DNA of 52,630 nt from positions 1 to 52,630 of IMG/VR virus record IMGVR_UViG_3300025093_000028. One strand, written 5' to 3'. The notes beneath the pieces were generated by a model. The model was not told the origin of the DNA. It was given only the letters and a program-made list of their open reading frames with translations, and ran no database searches. Both the position numbers and the translations under genes were made by a program. The DNA comes from a virus (lineage: Duplodnaviria; Caudoviricetes). Below, piece by piece: positions 52,630 through 52,630 of the stretch. Within the stretch, counting starts at the first letter, position 1. Each line of letters opens with the position of its first letter.

Positions 52630-52630
52630 T

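Noticed and set aside
1-52630. Stop-codon reassignment, known in some crAss-like phages
   Set aside because: Terminase, portal, MCP, PolB and RNR are all full length in the standard code; TAG and TGA end plausible genes; no suppressor tRNA seen.
1-52630. tRNA genes, CRISPR arrays, introns/inteins, DGR, integrase
   Set aside because: No cloverleaf or regularly spaced repeats noticed; core genes have normal lengths without insertions; no reverse transcriptase or integrase motifs. Checked by eye only.

Overview
This window is about half of a crAss-like (Crassvirales-type) phage genome, AT-rich and read in the standard genetic code. Repeated TAnnTTTG promoter boxes and a Flavobacteriia-type ribonucleotide reductase point to a Bacteroidota host, probably environmental. 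Positions 1-19167 (- strand) hold the late/virion module: HTH and IHF-like genes, terminase, portal, scaffold, major capsid, ring, auxiliary capsid and hub proteins, Thr-tract tail proteins, and a truncated trypsin-like serine protease. Positions 19168-20079 are a divergent, G/C-run-rich control region that may be the genome end. Positions 19499-50533 (+ strand) hold early and replication genes: 3D-domain protein, spore-photoproduct-lyase-like radical SAM enzyme, PolB, two helicases, Sak4-like ATPase, primase, sugar epimerase, an atypical UDG, rIIA/rIIB-like pair, nucleases, DnaA-domain-IV protein, class Id-type NrdB/NrdA, RecA, GroES-like protein and two glycosyltransferases. Positions 50562-52630 (- strand) hold a cluster of very basic small proteins, a lipoprotein and a 26-aa CDGSH Fe-S mini-protein. 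The strongest leads are (1) a possible spore-like UV-protection and repair system (SP-lyase, small basic DNA-binding proteins, CDGSH mini-protein), (2) possible virion O-glycosylation (epimerase, two GTs, mucin-like poly-Thr tracts), (3) a membrane-anchored HMGA-type AT-hook protein, (4) a UDG with Cys in place of the catalytic Asp, and (5) a structured RNA after the capsid gene. All calls come from reading motifs and synteny by eye; no searches were run.
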